NCBI GenBank assembly: GCA_977018835.1
Contig: OZ361258.1
Location: 3,534,001 to 3,598,000 of the forward strand
Direction: 5' to 3'
DNA from: Minutocellus sp. GHC0000111
Lineage: Eukaryota
Length of the DNA: 64,000 bases
The notes below the pieces were generated by a model, which searched no databases, had not been told where the DNA came from, and saw only the letters and a list, made by a program, of their open reading frames with translations. Position numbers and translations under genes: made by a program. Of this stretch, positions 27,301 to 38,323 are shown piece after piece (position 1 is the first letter of the stretch; the number at the start of each line of letters is the position of its first letter).

Positions 27301-27890
27301 GTGGTCGGAGGAGACCCTTGATCAATGCCCCCATTGATTTGAATTACCAACAGCTGGAACAAGAGCAGTACGACCACTTGCACGATGGGGGGCTTCTTCC
27401 TTCGAATAACATTCACGACGACGCCAATGGCGAATGCCGGCAACATCTTGGGGGCTCTGACGGAGGCAAAGCGCCTGGAAGCGAAAACATTGACGGTTCG
27501 TATCAAGAAACTTCGGAGTATTTGCCTCTTGATCTCAGCATTTCCTCCCCGCAGCTCAAACGACAAAATCTCAACGCTACTCCAGACTTTCGCAGCTCAG
27601 GTGACTGTACTATCCAAAATCAAGACCGGTATGGCCGGGATGGTAAATTTGACGACCGCCTATTTGATCTAGAGGATGATAGCGGCGGGGCTGTCGGCAG
27701 TGTTGGTGCCAATCATCAATTCCTCGACACTACTACTCAGCAATACAATGAGAACGTCGATGACGACGAAGGCAGAGCGCCAGCCGACCAAGAGCTACTA
27801 CTACAAGGCATTTCCGCCAAACAACTCTACGATGGCACCATCGATCATGGCACTTGTTTCCAAGAAGAAGGCGATTATTTTTTTGAATAG
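24342..27890 (+). CDS. EXO1: Exonuclease 1 (XPG/FEN1 family)
   Basis: MGIPGLLPLL...AVDAMAWLHRG, VIDGDSLPSK, VAPYEADAQMA, ITEDSDLLAYGC, MCILSGCDY and TFRHQTVYNP motifs; long disordered C-terminus. Confidence 0.93.
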   Translation: MGIPGLLPLLAPIARPVSLERYRGLTAAVDAMAWLHRGIYAGDVRTLAHAQHAAWYHEEVVGAARRRGGGGDYGDDGRYQQQRRRQQRRQYDDDGGGSGDAAAEAIAAATGIAEVEEEEAGLGPSRRIDFDRVAEPPAVAALPDPRPARSQRAAAAAAAPSSSQAAAEQATEAILSYTLRQCSALLTRYGLSSVLLVIDGDSLPSKTATNSTRSDDRRRYYREAREAEDRGESSRVVRKLYAQSCGITHEMRRGLVERVRREQRKVQMRQMQQQQNMQQQRGGGNNGGSGTIDCLVAPYEADAQMAQLAHAGIVDVVITEDSDLLAYGCPRVVFKVDVAEGRGQEIQLLRDLASMGAASAFASASGSGGIGDIGGGGGGGRSGRGRTATAAAGGGGNRSSSALSFQNWTHDMFVYMCILSGCDYCAGVPGVGIRTAHKLVRMYRTPVRIFRALRAAGRMPRPVEVEVVARRRPRDGTAASTSSSSTTTISFEESFWTAYRTFRHQTVYNPATGRAEPLLPIVEVASTAAPDWDAVGPMMGDDMARGIATGRIHPAQRIPWEAVLAAASRAAAARTRPGGDSLLATTTATADQPLASRSRHQLSSDPANRNSPNSTGRRARRALANSKDLFRFFARKPKGSGSSGTGDDSPRASPSSRSSGRNRPPLREIFVNSNGSDVDHNGLKNGNLPRPVAASVTNQREKSARTGGGGHQPIPIHFGDYSTALVGTAFQPLSRQNKRTDTSASGGLASRNISRAVQCLKANAAKARVIKYRGRRSPKASEGNAIGRAGGERHDDGDMSSFRLVPEASSQPVQSAQSAPEDLLALGHRKDNEGTYDHVYGRSNLDAHQNYDCNQCLGGEDASQYHSRAALDGGSVDGTAFGVDGILPHNETDDYYDSRSKGEMCGGYDQPFLEYDWSEGLEYEDGADCGAAHREGTARVEQEELPVHSQHGHQFKDKEALGYDGQDEDREKLQREAFEEDLQGDISGRRRPLINAPIDLNYQQLEQEQYDHLHDGGLLPSNNIHDDANGECRQHLGGSDGGKAPGSENIDGSYQETSEYLPLDLSISSPQLKRQNLNATPDFRSSGDCTIQNQDRYGRDGKFDDRLFDLEDDSGGAVGSVGANHQFLDTTTQQYNENVDDDEGRAPADQELLLQGISAKQLYDGTIDHGTCFQEEGDYFFE

Positions 27891-28292
27891 GCAAAGGCAT
27901 CCAACGCGAGGTATGTGCCGCTACCCAACCAAGAGTAGGCGATGTCCCCAGATTGGATCTGTCTCTATATTTCAATTTAAGATATATATTGCTACGTACC
28001 TGGCGTTGAATAGCTCTAGGCTTAGCTACGTAGCTTGATAACCTAACAATGTGCTCACTCAAATAGCTACCTACACGTATAGAGCCATATTAGATCTAGT
28101 TTATCACCGAACGTGCTTTGTCAGCACAAATAAATAAACACTCACTTGGGATATAGGAGCTACCTACCTACTACTAGCTAGCTAGAACTAGAGCGACATT
28201 TTACGTACATGTAGATCTAGCTAGAGCGGTTAGACAAAACTGTTTTTTTTTCCATCGAACTTTGCCAGCGCAAACGAATACGCCCTAATCTA

Positions 28293-31200
28293 TCACTCGA
28301 GTGTTTCAAGCAAGGTGCCAATATCCTCGACCTTCCTCTTCGCCCCCCAAGCATCATACAAATCTTGGGATTGCTCCAAATATCTGCGTGCCTGACCGAT
28401 ATTTCCGTGCTCTAGATAGAAGAGAGCTGCGCGCTCGCTAGCCAATGCTTGTTCGTTGATGAATCGGTGCTCCTTGGCGGCCTCAATGGCCTTGTCGTAA
28501 GCTGTAGCGGCTGTTTCCACATCGCCATCTGTGAAAGCCTTCTCTGCTTGAAGAAGGTAGTACTTTTGTTCAAAGTTCCACCTGGAATCATTCTCAGATA
28601 AATCTTTCATCTCCATTGTCAATTTATCTCCAATAGCTTGCCAATCCGCATTATTGTCGCCGACATCACCTCTTTGAGCAATGGAGTACACAGCGAGGCC
28701 GAGATAAGACTTCTCGAGCAAAAGGTCGACCGCATAATAAAACTTCTCACCGGCCATGTGCTCCTTCACGTTCGAAGCCATTTGTAGCACCACATCGTGA
28801 CGCCGGAACAAATACCCCAAGTACATACGGGCAAAGTCCACTTTCCGTACCAGACGCTTGTAGTACATGTTTGACGGTGGCAACATGGACAGGATTTCTC
28901 CTTGATTGGTCGCGTCCCCTCGCAAGATGGTCGGATCGGAGGTGGTGTCAGGAGCAACCAGGTTCAGTAGCGTCTGCAAGCAGGTCGTTGGCATAAAAAA
29001 AAGAGGGTGGCCACAAGAGATGAGATTTTGTCGGCACCTGTCTACTTTCTCCCTGGCATTTTGAAGTGTGCTTACTGGGGCAAAGATATGAAGTGAAGGG
29101 ACGAACGAGTGACAGAAAAGGGCGGATTCTATATCTCCGACCGCCGTGGCATTGTGAAGAGCTCTGTCAAATAAATCCAAACAAGCATGCCAAGGCTGGC
29201 GGTATGGCTGGATCGAGATACTCAATGCTAGAGAGACTTGTTGAGAGTACTTGCCCTGAAATCTATCCAGTAATTCCGTTGCTATTCGAGCGCACTCTGA
29301 AGATCGGTCTCGTAAACCTAATTTGCACAACAATGCAGAGTAGTTGGCAAAAGCGAAGGAAGACTCACTCGTCATTGCCCTCGCGGTGCATATCTGTACC
29401 ATTCGACAAATGAGAAGAGTCATCATATCGGGCTTCTTCACGTAGAGTATTTTGCATAAGTAATAGAGGAACTTCATTGTATATGTGAGAGTATCATCGC
29501 TGACTGCGGACGCCGTGACGTCCTCCAAGCAGATCGACGAATCCATTCGTTCCGTTTTTTCGAGCTCAAGCCTTACTGTTTCTGGTTCAATGCGCGTCTC
29601 CATTGAAGGTAGCTGAATTCCCAACTCTTCCAGTACACACAAGGCTTTCTGGCAAGCTTCCTCAGCCTTCCCTTGAGTGAATAATGCGGCATAGACCGTG
29701 AAGTGAGCCCCTAGCTTGTCATTCAAATTTCTTCCGTGCATAATGACGACGTTGGCCGAAAAAATGGCACCATCTCTGTTTCCACAGGCAAATTGGGCCT
29801 CTGCACACGCAGTAAATAGTTCCAAGCAGAGACTGTAGTGACCCCCCCAATCTTTTTCAGTGAGCAAGGCGCTGCCCTGAAGAAGATACAATGATGCCTC
29901 CCAGAATGAGAATGCGGCCAGGGTCTCTTGACCGACTTGTAGATTCAACTCAGCAAGTCTCAATTTTTCATCGTTGTCTTGTATAAGAGTAGATCCCGCA
30001 TTCATTCGGTCGACGATCAGATGCAAATGAATATCCAAGCTGGGGCAAACTGGACCGCTTGCAGCTTGAAGTAGTTGTCGACCAATCAACAGACGCATAA
30101 TTTCTTTTTCTGGAAGTGGGGTCAGCGACATTGCTGCTTCCCATATACTATCGTGAGCAAAGCGAAGCTCTGCCTTGTCGATACAGACCAACCAATCGTT
30201 TATCAGAGTGTCGATGTGCGCCAGAATTTCAGAGCCATCTCCACCGCCATCGCCACCGGCTGCGAACATCTTTAGGGCAGATGCGTCGAATCGCCGTCCC
30301 ATCAAGGCCGCGACTTGCAACACCCTCTGTACATCGGGGCCATAATGAGTCATCCGTTCCAGCAACAGTGCAGCCGCATTATCTGGGACATTCTTGGATC
30401 GGATCGCAGCTAGGTCCCACTGCCATCGGCGATCACTCGGTGAATACTGAAGCAATCGCTCGTCGTGGAGGGATTGTAGCAGTTGCTTTGCGAAATTCGG
30501 GTTTCCGCCTGATTTCTTGTGAATTTCTCGAGCAAGCGGAGCAGTGATGCGTGGTAACAGATGGAGCGTGTCACTCAGAAGCTCGTTGATTGAGCTCCTT
30601 TCAATACGCTCCAGAAAGATTTGCCACATTGGAACTCCCGCGAAGGAAATTTCGCCTAAATACTCAAGCAGTGGATGGTCCGTCTGGACCTCGTTATCGC
30701 GATAACAGCCCACAAATAGGCACGAGCTCGTCCCGGCATCCCTGACAAGCTTGGTGATGAGACCCAAGGACTCGACATCAGTCCACTGAAGGTCATCAAA
30801 TAAGATCACGATGGGGTGCGAAGGTGCCGATATTGCCCTGACGAAAGTTTGGAGACAACTGAGAAGGAGATGATACTTTTCCTTGTTGTCGACACTCTGT
30901 ATTGGCGATGAACAATCGCCAATCAACGCTGAAAGATTCGGCATCTGACTGAGTAAGATTTGACCGAAGGAGCTAAGGGCAGCCTTCACAGCGCCACCGA
31001 CTTTATTGAGGAGATCGAGATCTCCTAGCAGATCTTGGCAGTATTGGTCCAATGCTCGGAAGATTGATGACAGGGACTGGTTGTCTTCCTTGTCGAACTT
31101 GACTTGTATCAATCTTCCCCGTCGTTCACTGAGGGGATTGATGAGGGACTCTACGAGAGATGTCTGATCGAAAGCAGAGAGAGAGAGAGAGAGAGAGAGG

Positions 31201-33042
31201 GAGACCATAAGTTTGTGAGTTCGTAAGACCGAGGACACAGGGCAGCGCATAACATAAATTGTCGCCAAATGTCGCTCTGTGTGCCAAATGCCGCTGTACT
31301 CCTCTACTCACCTTTCCAGATCCAGACCGGCCGGAGATTAAGGCCAACCCATGGCGTTCTTCGCCAGTCACCACCACACTCTCGAATGCACTCATTAACT
31401 TGCTTTGCTGAGTCTGCACACCGTATAGCTCAGAAGTCATGTCCAGCCTTCCCGTCGTTGCCTCTGGGGGAGCATCATAAAGATATTTGTACGGAAAGTC
31501 AATCATTAACCGAAGATCGTTATCGACGTCGGATAAGGTGGTGAACCTCTCAACAGCGTCTTCATCGGTGGCATCGATCAGACTTTGGACGAAAATGGAC
31601 ACACTGGTGGGATATCCAAGATCCTGAAGAGGGGTCCTAGAAGTGTGCTCAGGCTGCTCCTCATCGCGACGGCGTTCTCGTTTCGATGTTCTTTCGTCGC
31701 CATTGTCACCTGACACTGACCTCTCGCCATATGAAGGCACCGCCGAGGTACTGTTCCCACCCGTCAAGGTCCTATGCAGTGCTTCACCGAGCGAATGCAA
31801 TTCCGCAGCAGTCTGGAGGCCGGTCGCTGAAGCTTCAATATACTTCTGCTGAAAAGACCGCACCATTTCTCTCGCCGCCCTGAGCGTTGACAAGAGCTGC
31901 ACATCACGTTCTGAAGTCGAGTCGATGCCGATGCCGGCTTGTATCGGACCGCCGGTCTCAATGGACTCGTCGGCCGGCGTATGGGCAGCGTTTGTGCTGG
32001 TATCAAACATGTTGCCACCAGCAGTACTTATACCACTCTCGTCTTCTCCTAACAAACGTTCCAGGTCGGACATGAGCGAGGCATCGACACCTAAATTGGC
32101 CAGGCCCAAGGAATTGTTCATCGTCATGAAGGGTTCAGGTGAAGGGAGACCCACGGGCGGTGCTGCCGCTGACTGGGCATCCTCTACAGGTACTCTTTCT
32201 TCGGAAACGTTGGTACCATCCTCGGTGGCCTGGCTCGCATCAACTTTACCAGACCTAGAATCTTTTTTATTGGAGTCAAGATCATTCTTCCTCTTGTTGC
32301 TTCGATGCTTTGCAGGGGCAGCACCATTGGTTTCGTTCTTACCATTCCCCTTTCCTTTGGTCTTCTTCTTCTTGGTCGTGCTGCTCGGCTTCTCCTCTAT
32401 CGGAGGCCGAAGTATGCGGAGGCCCAGCTTCCGTGTATCGTCCTCAAAGTAAATACCTTCAGGTTCTATAGTCCGCTCATTTTTCGCTACACTGCTGTCG
32501 GCACTGGTGTAATCCGGTGACGAAGCTGCTCGCATCGTGGCAGTATCCACGAGGCCCATCTCTCCGCTCCGGCGGATCCAGTACTCCTGACTGTTTTTGG
32601 ACGATTGAGGCCTCTTTCCGGAAGTTAAGCGCTCAAATTCTTCCCTGGCCGATGAGGGGATGAACTGGCAGGCCACCCAGTGATATCTCTGCCAGTTCCG
32701 TGTGGCCTGGTTGAGCATTCGAACCGAAGTGGGATAGCTCACGGCGCCCTTGACTTGTTCGGCGGCCGGTTGGGCAAGGCAGTGGATGCACCGCATGCCA
32801 ACTCGTCCCACGCTGATCTTTTGGACGAGCCTACCGAACGAGGCTCGAGCCTGCACATCCTCTTGGGTCGCGGAGAATATCTCGATCTGGGAGCGCATGA
32901 GACATGCCACAGAAGACAAATAGGTTGCGTCCTCCGGCGAGGATAGGGGAACGCGCCGTCCTCCGATAGCAGCAGCCGCTGCTGGGGTGGCTTCTTCGTC
33001 GTCGGCGGCACTTGTGGCGGCCATCGTTATGCAGCTGTTCAT
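28293..33042 (-). CDS. Diatom-specific Cys/His N-terminal domain + STAND-like AAA-ATPase (COG3899-like) + TPR-like helical C-terminus; intron 31164-31311
   Basis: Splicing restores Walker A GRSGSGK|TS; Walker B ILFDDLQW; GCYRDNEV, KSGGNP and FAHD motifs; N-terminal VGMRCIHC...GAVSYP...HW..C...YW...GLVDT. Confidence 0.85.
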
Positions 33043-33327
33043 TTATTTGAGGAACCAAAACACAAAAGTCCTGTGAAGAAAGTGCACATCGCCCGCTTAC
33101 TGCACTGAGAGGCTACAACGAAGCAGTGACTCTTGGCCCCGCGCCCCCGGCCGTCAGTTTGACCGGTTGATAGCAACCTATATTTTGTGCTTTGGCTTGC
33201 TCTGACTGTGCGGCGTTCGCAATTTCGCCTTGCTACTAGACAAATGGACCACCGCCGCCTTGCCGCTGTGGTGTAGAAGTTCCGGTGGTGGTCGAAGGCC
33301 GCCGCCGCCAAAAAATCGCAAACGCTG

Positions 33328-33360
33328 AGTACCTAGGTAGGCCTACCTAGGCCTAGGTAC
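33328..33360. repeat. Nested short palindromes AGTACCTAGGTAGGCCTACCTAGGCCTAGGTAC
   Basis: Seen directly; contains TACCTAGGTA and TAGGCCTA units. Confidence 0.85.
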
Positions 33361-33649
33361 ATTACCGGGAGGTTTGAAATTCGGTCTTTTCGTCGTCCGT
33401 CTCGGGCACTCAATTTACTATGGGATTTTGAATCAAAGAAGGATCGGGGTGGAACTCGAGAACGTCGTTAAAGAATCGGCTGTATCTTCTCCATGTGATT
33501 GTACACATCATGGTTGAGAGGTGGGTGGAATGGCATCAAAATTTTAACGATAGATCTTGAGATATCTTGGGGTTCTCTTTCTTCGTATCTTTGATCAGTC
33601 GACTGAGTCGGTAGCATGTGACGTACAGCTGTACGTACGGAACATGTGC

Positions 33650-36360
33650 TCGTACAGACACAGCACCATCTGCCAGCCGGATGACTCGCATACTTTTGGT
33701 CGCACTTTCGGTGGCCGGCCGGCGCGCGAAGCAACCGACCGGCGCGCCCAACGCGAGCCACCATGGCGGCAAAAATTCAAATTGCCCCGCCGCTACGTGC
33801 AGAACGAAGGCGATATCTCGCACTGGTGTGGGAGAATTACGGCACGAGACCAACCAGGTGCTCCCGACATCCTGGTGATGTTCCCGTTGGTCTCGATCCA
33901 CAATTCTCCATGAGCAAAAAAAATGACGGCCGCAATCCCGCGGTCAACACCGCAGACAGAGTTGCGGTGCTGCAGGACGCCCTGGCTGAACTGCTCGTCC
34001 GTCTTCGCAGAAAGGAACTTCATTACTACAATTTCATCGGCAACAACAACGACTCCTTGATGAATGTGTTGGGATGCAGTCCCATCATGTGCGGCGCCGT
34101 CATGTGCACTGCGGGCATCTTGGGTTTGAAGAAGAAGAAACACGAAGACTGACTGCAATGTGTGTTTTTTGTGAGGACAGACAACCAGAATGGATGGGAT
34201 GAAATGGTGTCAAGACACTGCCTTGCCGACGACGTTCAGCGAACCCCATGCAAAAAGAGCATGTTTGTTCGCCTCGGTTCTGTCAATCCTCGTGCAGCCG
34301 ACGCTCTCTCCATGATGATGGATGGATGGCTTTCGACATGGTCACGGTCGAGCAACAATTTCGCCTCGAAACACCGCCGCCGCGGCTCAATTTGACGAAG
34401 GCATGCAATGCATTCCTCAAGTCGGTCGCACCACACACATCGGTGGGACATGCGGCGATGGACTACGAAATCAACAGGCAGATGTTGCTCGAGGCCCAGA
34501 AGTTCCCTGGTGGGCACAATGGCCAGGACGATGGGTGGGACAATGACGACGATGTTGGGACGGTGGGCACCCTGACCACGACGGAGGCCGGCGAGATCAG
34601 TGAGGACGATGACGACGAAGACGAGGACTATGTGCCCTGTTGTGAGGACGAAGCTGATGTTGCAAGAGAGGACGCTACACATGAAGCATGCATGCAGCAG
34701 CACTTTGAGAAGAATCGTCAGAAGCACGGTGATGGCGAGCCAGAGATGGGAGCTGTCGATGATGCCGAGGATGACGATGCCCCTCACTTCCATTTCCTGA
34801 AAAAGGCCGGCATTGAGGCGGCCGACTCAGGTAAAATAAGGGCAGTGCTGGCAGAATGCTGGAGAGCTTTGTCTGTTGATGTTTCTGATGGCAACAACAA
34901 GAGAAGAAACCAAGGACAACAGAGTTCATCCACCATGACACCTCCACCAAAGGAACTCTCCTAGAGCACAATCGCGAGGAAGATGGCATGACGGATGACG
35001 ACATCAAAGAGCTCTGCAAAGCTTGCTCTAATTTGCTCCACACTCTTGACGCAACATGTTCCAGGTTTCTGAAATGGCACATGAAATGGGATGATGAGGC
35101 AAAGAAGGCTGTGAGAGAGCTTGAAGCATTGATTGCAAGTGCCCTCAAGCAAGCACGGGCAATCGGTGTTAGCATGACGCCCAAGTGGCACTTACTCGAA
35201 GATCACATCTTGGACCAACACGTTTGGCTAGTGAAGAAGAATGGATGGGCCGGCATCTGTTGGCTCGACGAATCGTTTGTAGAGCGAGCCCACCAAGAGG
35301 GCGTTAAGGAAGATCGTCGGACTCAGGGCGTCAAGGGACATGAGGCCCAACAGACGGCGCAGTTCAAGGCTGAGGAGAGGGCATCCAATCCAAAGGTCGA
35401 GGAGAGGCGGGAGCGAAGCTCTCGGGTGGCAAGAACAAGGAAAAGGACAAGGACCGAAGCTGTTAAAGCAGAAACTGATGACAAGCGCCAACAAATGATC
35501 ATGATGGCCACCGATGGAGATGAGGATGTAGAGATGGGAGCAGGGCATGTATAAAATTAGAAAATGAAATTACACCACCACTAACTACACAACAACAACA
35601 AATGAATTGCACAAAATCCAATTTTTGCAAACAGCATCGCGATTGAGCAAAAAAGTAAACAGTGCACCCAAACAAACACATCACGTCCTTCTTAACTCAC
35701 CCATTTATCTCCCAGACCAAAAAGTCCCTTTGTCGGGTTGATTGTTGCATAAACTTATCCCAATACTATCTGTCTCTCCTCGGGCGCAAAATTGTTGTCG
35801 GAATTCCGGGAGGTCGAGTGGGGATGCGATCGGTCGGGATCAGCGAGAGTCGGTCATACGGGGGGTGCGGCGGCGCAATCCCGGCAGTTTATCATCAACA
35901 ACAACGTGGGAAAGTACCAGAGGGTCTGGGGCATCACAACGGGAGCACGACGAGCACAAAGATAGAGCAATGGCACCACCCCAGAGAAACGAACGGCCGG
36001 CCGACAGATGGAGGAAAAGCAGGCCGATGGTTCGTGGCAGGCGTTGACACGCAGCGGAGGCCAATCTGAGGATACAGTAAGCTTCAACTATATCCAAACA
36101 TGATAATGAATGCGTATTTGGTACGAAAATATAGTTATACGCCGGCGCAACGCCGACGGACCACCATGGTGTTGGACGGTCAAAGAATGGGTGACGAACG
36201 AGATTGGGTTTTGGTGGGTTTCTTCGTGACGTGTTCGTCTTCTGCCGAAAAACGCTTCATCCGACCGGCGAAACAAGACGAGATGGGGCTGTGCAGAACC
36301 ACGCACCCGCCCGCCGACCATGCCATCATGCCGCCCCAAAAAGAACAATGGTGCTCTAGG
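33650..36360 (+). mobile_element. Degenerate DNA transposon with a Transib/Chapaev/RAG1-like transposase C-terminal fragment (34988-35554); boundaries approximate
   Basis: MTPKWHLLEDH...GICWLDESFVERAHQ resembles the HxxxxH...G...E..E motif; broken ORFs; visible TG/CA excess. Confidence 0.55.
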
Positions 36361-38323
36361 ACCGCTGTCGCCTTCGTTTGCTGTTCACATCCCTCCCCTT
36401 TATCGCAAGCATGTATTCTACATCAATCGCTTTTTCCAGGCATGCCAGCTTATGTTGCCTCTCTATTGAAATGACTTCATCGTCCTGCGCTGCCCTCTCG
36501 GGACTGAACGCTCGAAACGCCCGAAAGCAAAGTAGCGACAAGCTTACTTCTAGCTACGTAGCACTTGCCGGCCTCTCGGCAAACATGCCTGAGCTATCGC
36601 CAGTCAACGAAACCACTTATGTGTTGTGTCCTCGTGTGAATGATCAAGGATTAAGAACAATCATTATCGTTTCCAGAACATCAGTAGTTGCTTTCGCTTG
36701 GCAAGGAGGTCCGGAAAAAATCTTTCACTGCATTGCGACTTTTGAACTTTTGATCTCGCGCGAAAAGGTGATCGGTGCTCAACAAGAGACTTCGACTACA
36801 CACTACATGGACGAGGATGATGTTGTTGACGGCTCCTGTGGGACGAGCCATCACTTGTTGTGTTGACGACACTGGCTGAAAAAAAAATGCGAGCTTTGTT
36901 GATTGAGGACATTTCGAAGTTTTGTTCTGATTCATCCACATGTCAATGTTCTCAAGCCTTGGCATATTTTTCGTTCATTTAAGCATTGGGTGGCGTGCAT
37001 GAGGTTTGCTTGTGCTGAGAGAGGAGTGCTTGCGGTATTTATTTCCCATCTTGGCTGATTAGATGTTGCCAATGCATTTGCACATGACGCATCCAGAACT
37101 TGCTATCAAGTTGTGCAGCAGATGCGTCTGGGACGCACATGAATTGTGTTGATTTCGGCCTAGGGGATCGCAAGCTTGCGTAGTGATACACTTGGCCGTC
37201 AAGTTGTACAGAGCAATGTGAAATTTTGGGTTAGATCTATGCATTTGTGTAACAGTTTACATAACAATGCAGACATCTAACAGTCATGCACTTATGTGTA
37301 GATCTAGATCTAGCTATGTCTTGATCTCTAGCTAGCTAGCTGATGCCACTTTTTATAGATGTTTACATGAGGTATCATTTTGTTTTTTGTGCTGAAAAGA
37401 CTGGGAGACCTGCAACAACGGATTTACAATGGCCACCGCTTCGTCTTTCTTCCAATAACAATGAAAACCCACCGGCAACAACATAAAAATTGGCTTGTGG
37501 TAGACATGGGGCGTCTAGATCTAGTACCGGCAGTACCGGTAGATTCAAGATCTACATGCATGTTAGACGGTGCCAGTCTGTTGTCAGCCTCTCCACTTCG
37601 TAGCAATCACGAAGTGCCCTCGGAGAGCGTGCTGATAATGGCGCCAACTCGCTAGTGTAATTGGCAATTGTGCGTCGAGAATTCGTCACAGTTCGGACGC
37701 GATCGTGGTGGTGGGGTAAAATGTCTTTTGCGGTATTGAATGACGTGGATGTGGCTGTTTCGAGGGGGTTGGAGGGCCCTTTTGTAATCTTTCGGGGTTT
37801 TGCACATCGGGTGTGCTGAGCTTCGCCGAAGTCTCATCCACGCCACCTCCTCTCCGCGCGCGCCGCTCCGATCGAGATTTGCTTCATTGGCCGTACCGGT
37901 ACCGAACTGCAGAACTCCAAGCTTGCGGGCGAGTACTCTGCCCAAGCCCAGCTAGATTTCGTTGTCTGGGCTGTCCAATTGCCGAACGAAGCTCAGTTGT
38001 GATTTGAAGCAAGTGATCGAACCGCCACGCCGTCGCCGGAGTTGCGGCGTTATCCATCTCGCCGCATCTAATCTTCATTATTCGTTGAGCTAACACGATT
38101 ATTCTCGAGTCAATTGCTTGCGTTGAGACAGATCTAGTCGACCTTTCGCATTTTCATTGGACCATATCCTTTTTGTTTGGCATACAAACACATGGTTTGT
38201 TTCGGCATGGCGCCGGGGGCGCATCATGACACCGGCGTATTAGCTGCGAAATCTCAACCTGATGCCTCCGCCATCTGCGGTACCAAAACGGACATTGACA
38301 CGAAATCATCGCGCGGTGCACTT

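Noticed and set aside
33658..36358. Possible transposon TIRs (CACAGCACCAT ... ATGGTGCTCT)
   Set aside because: Only about 8 bp match and no TSD is evident; insufficient to define ends
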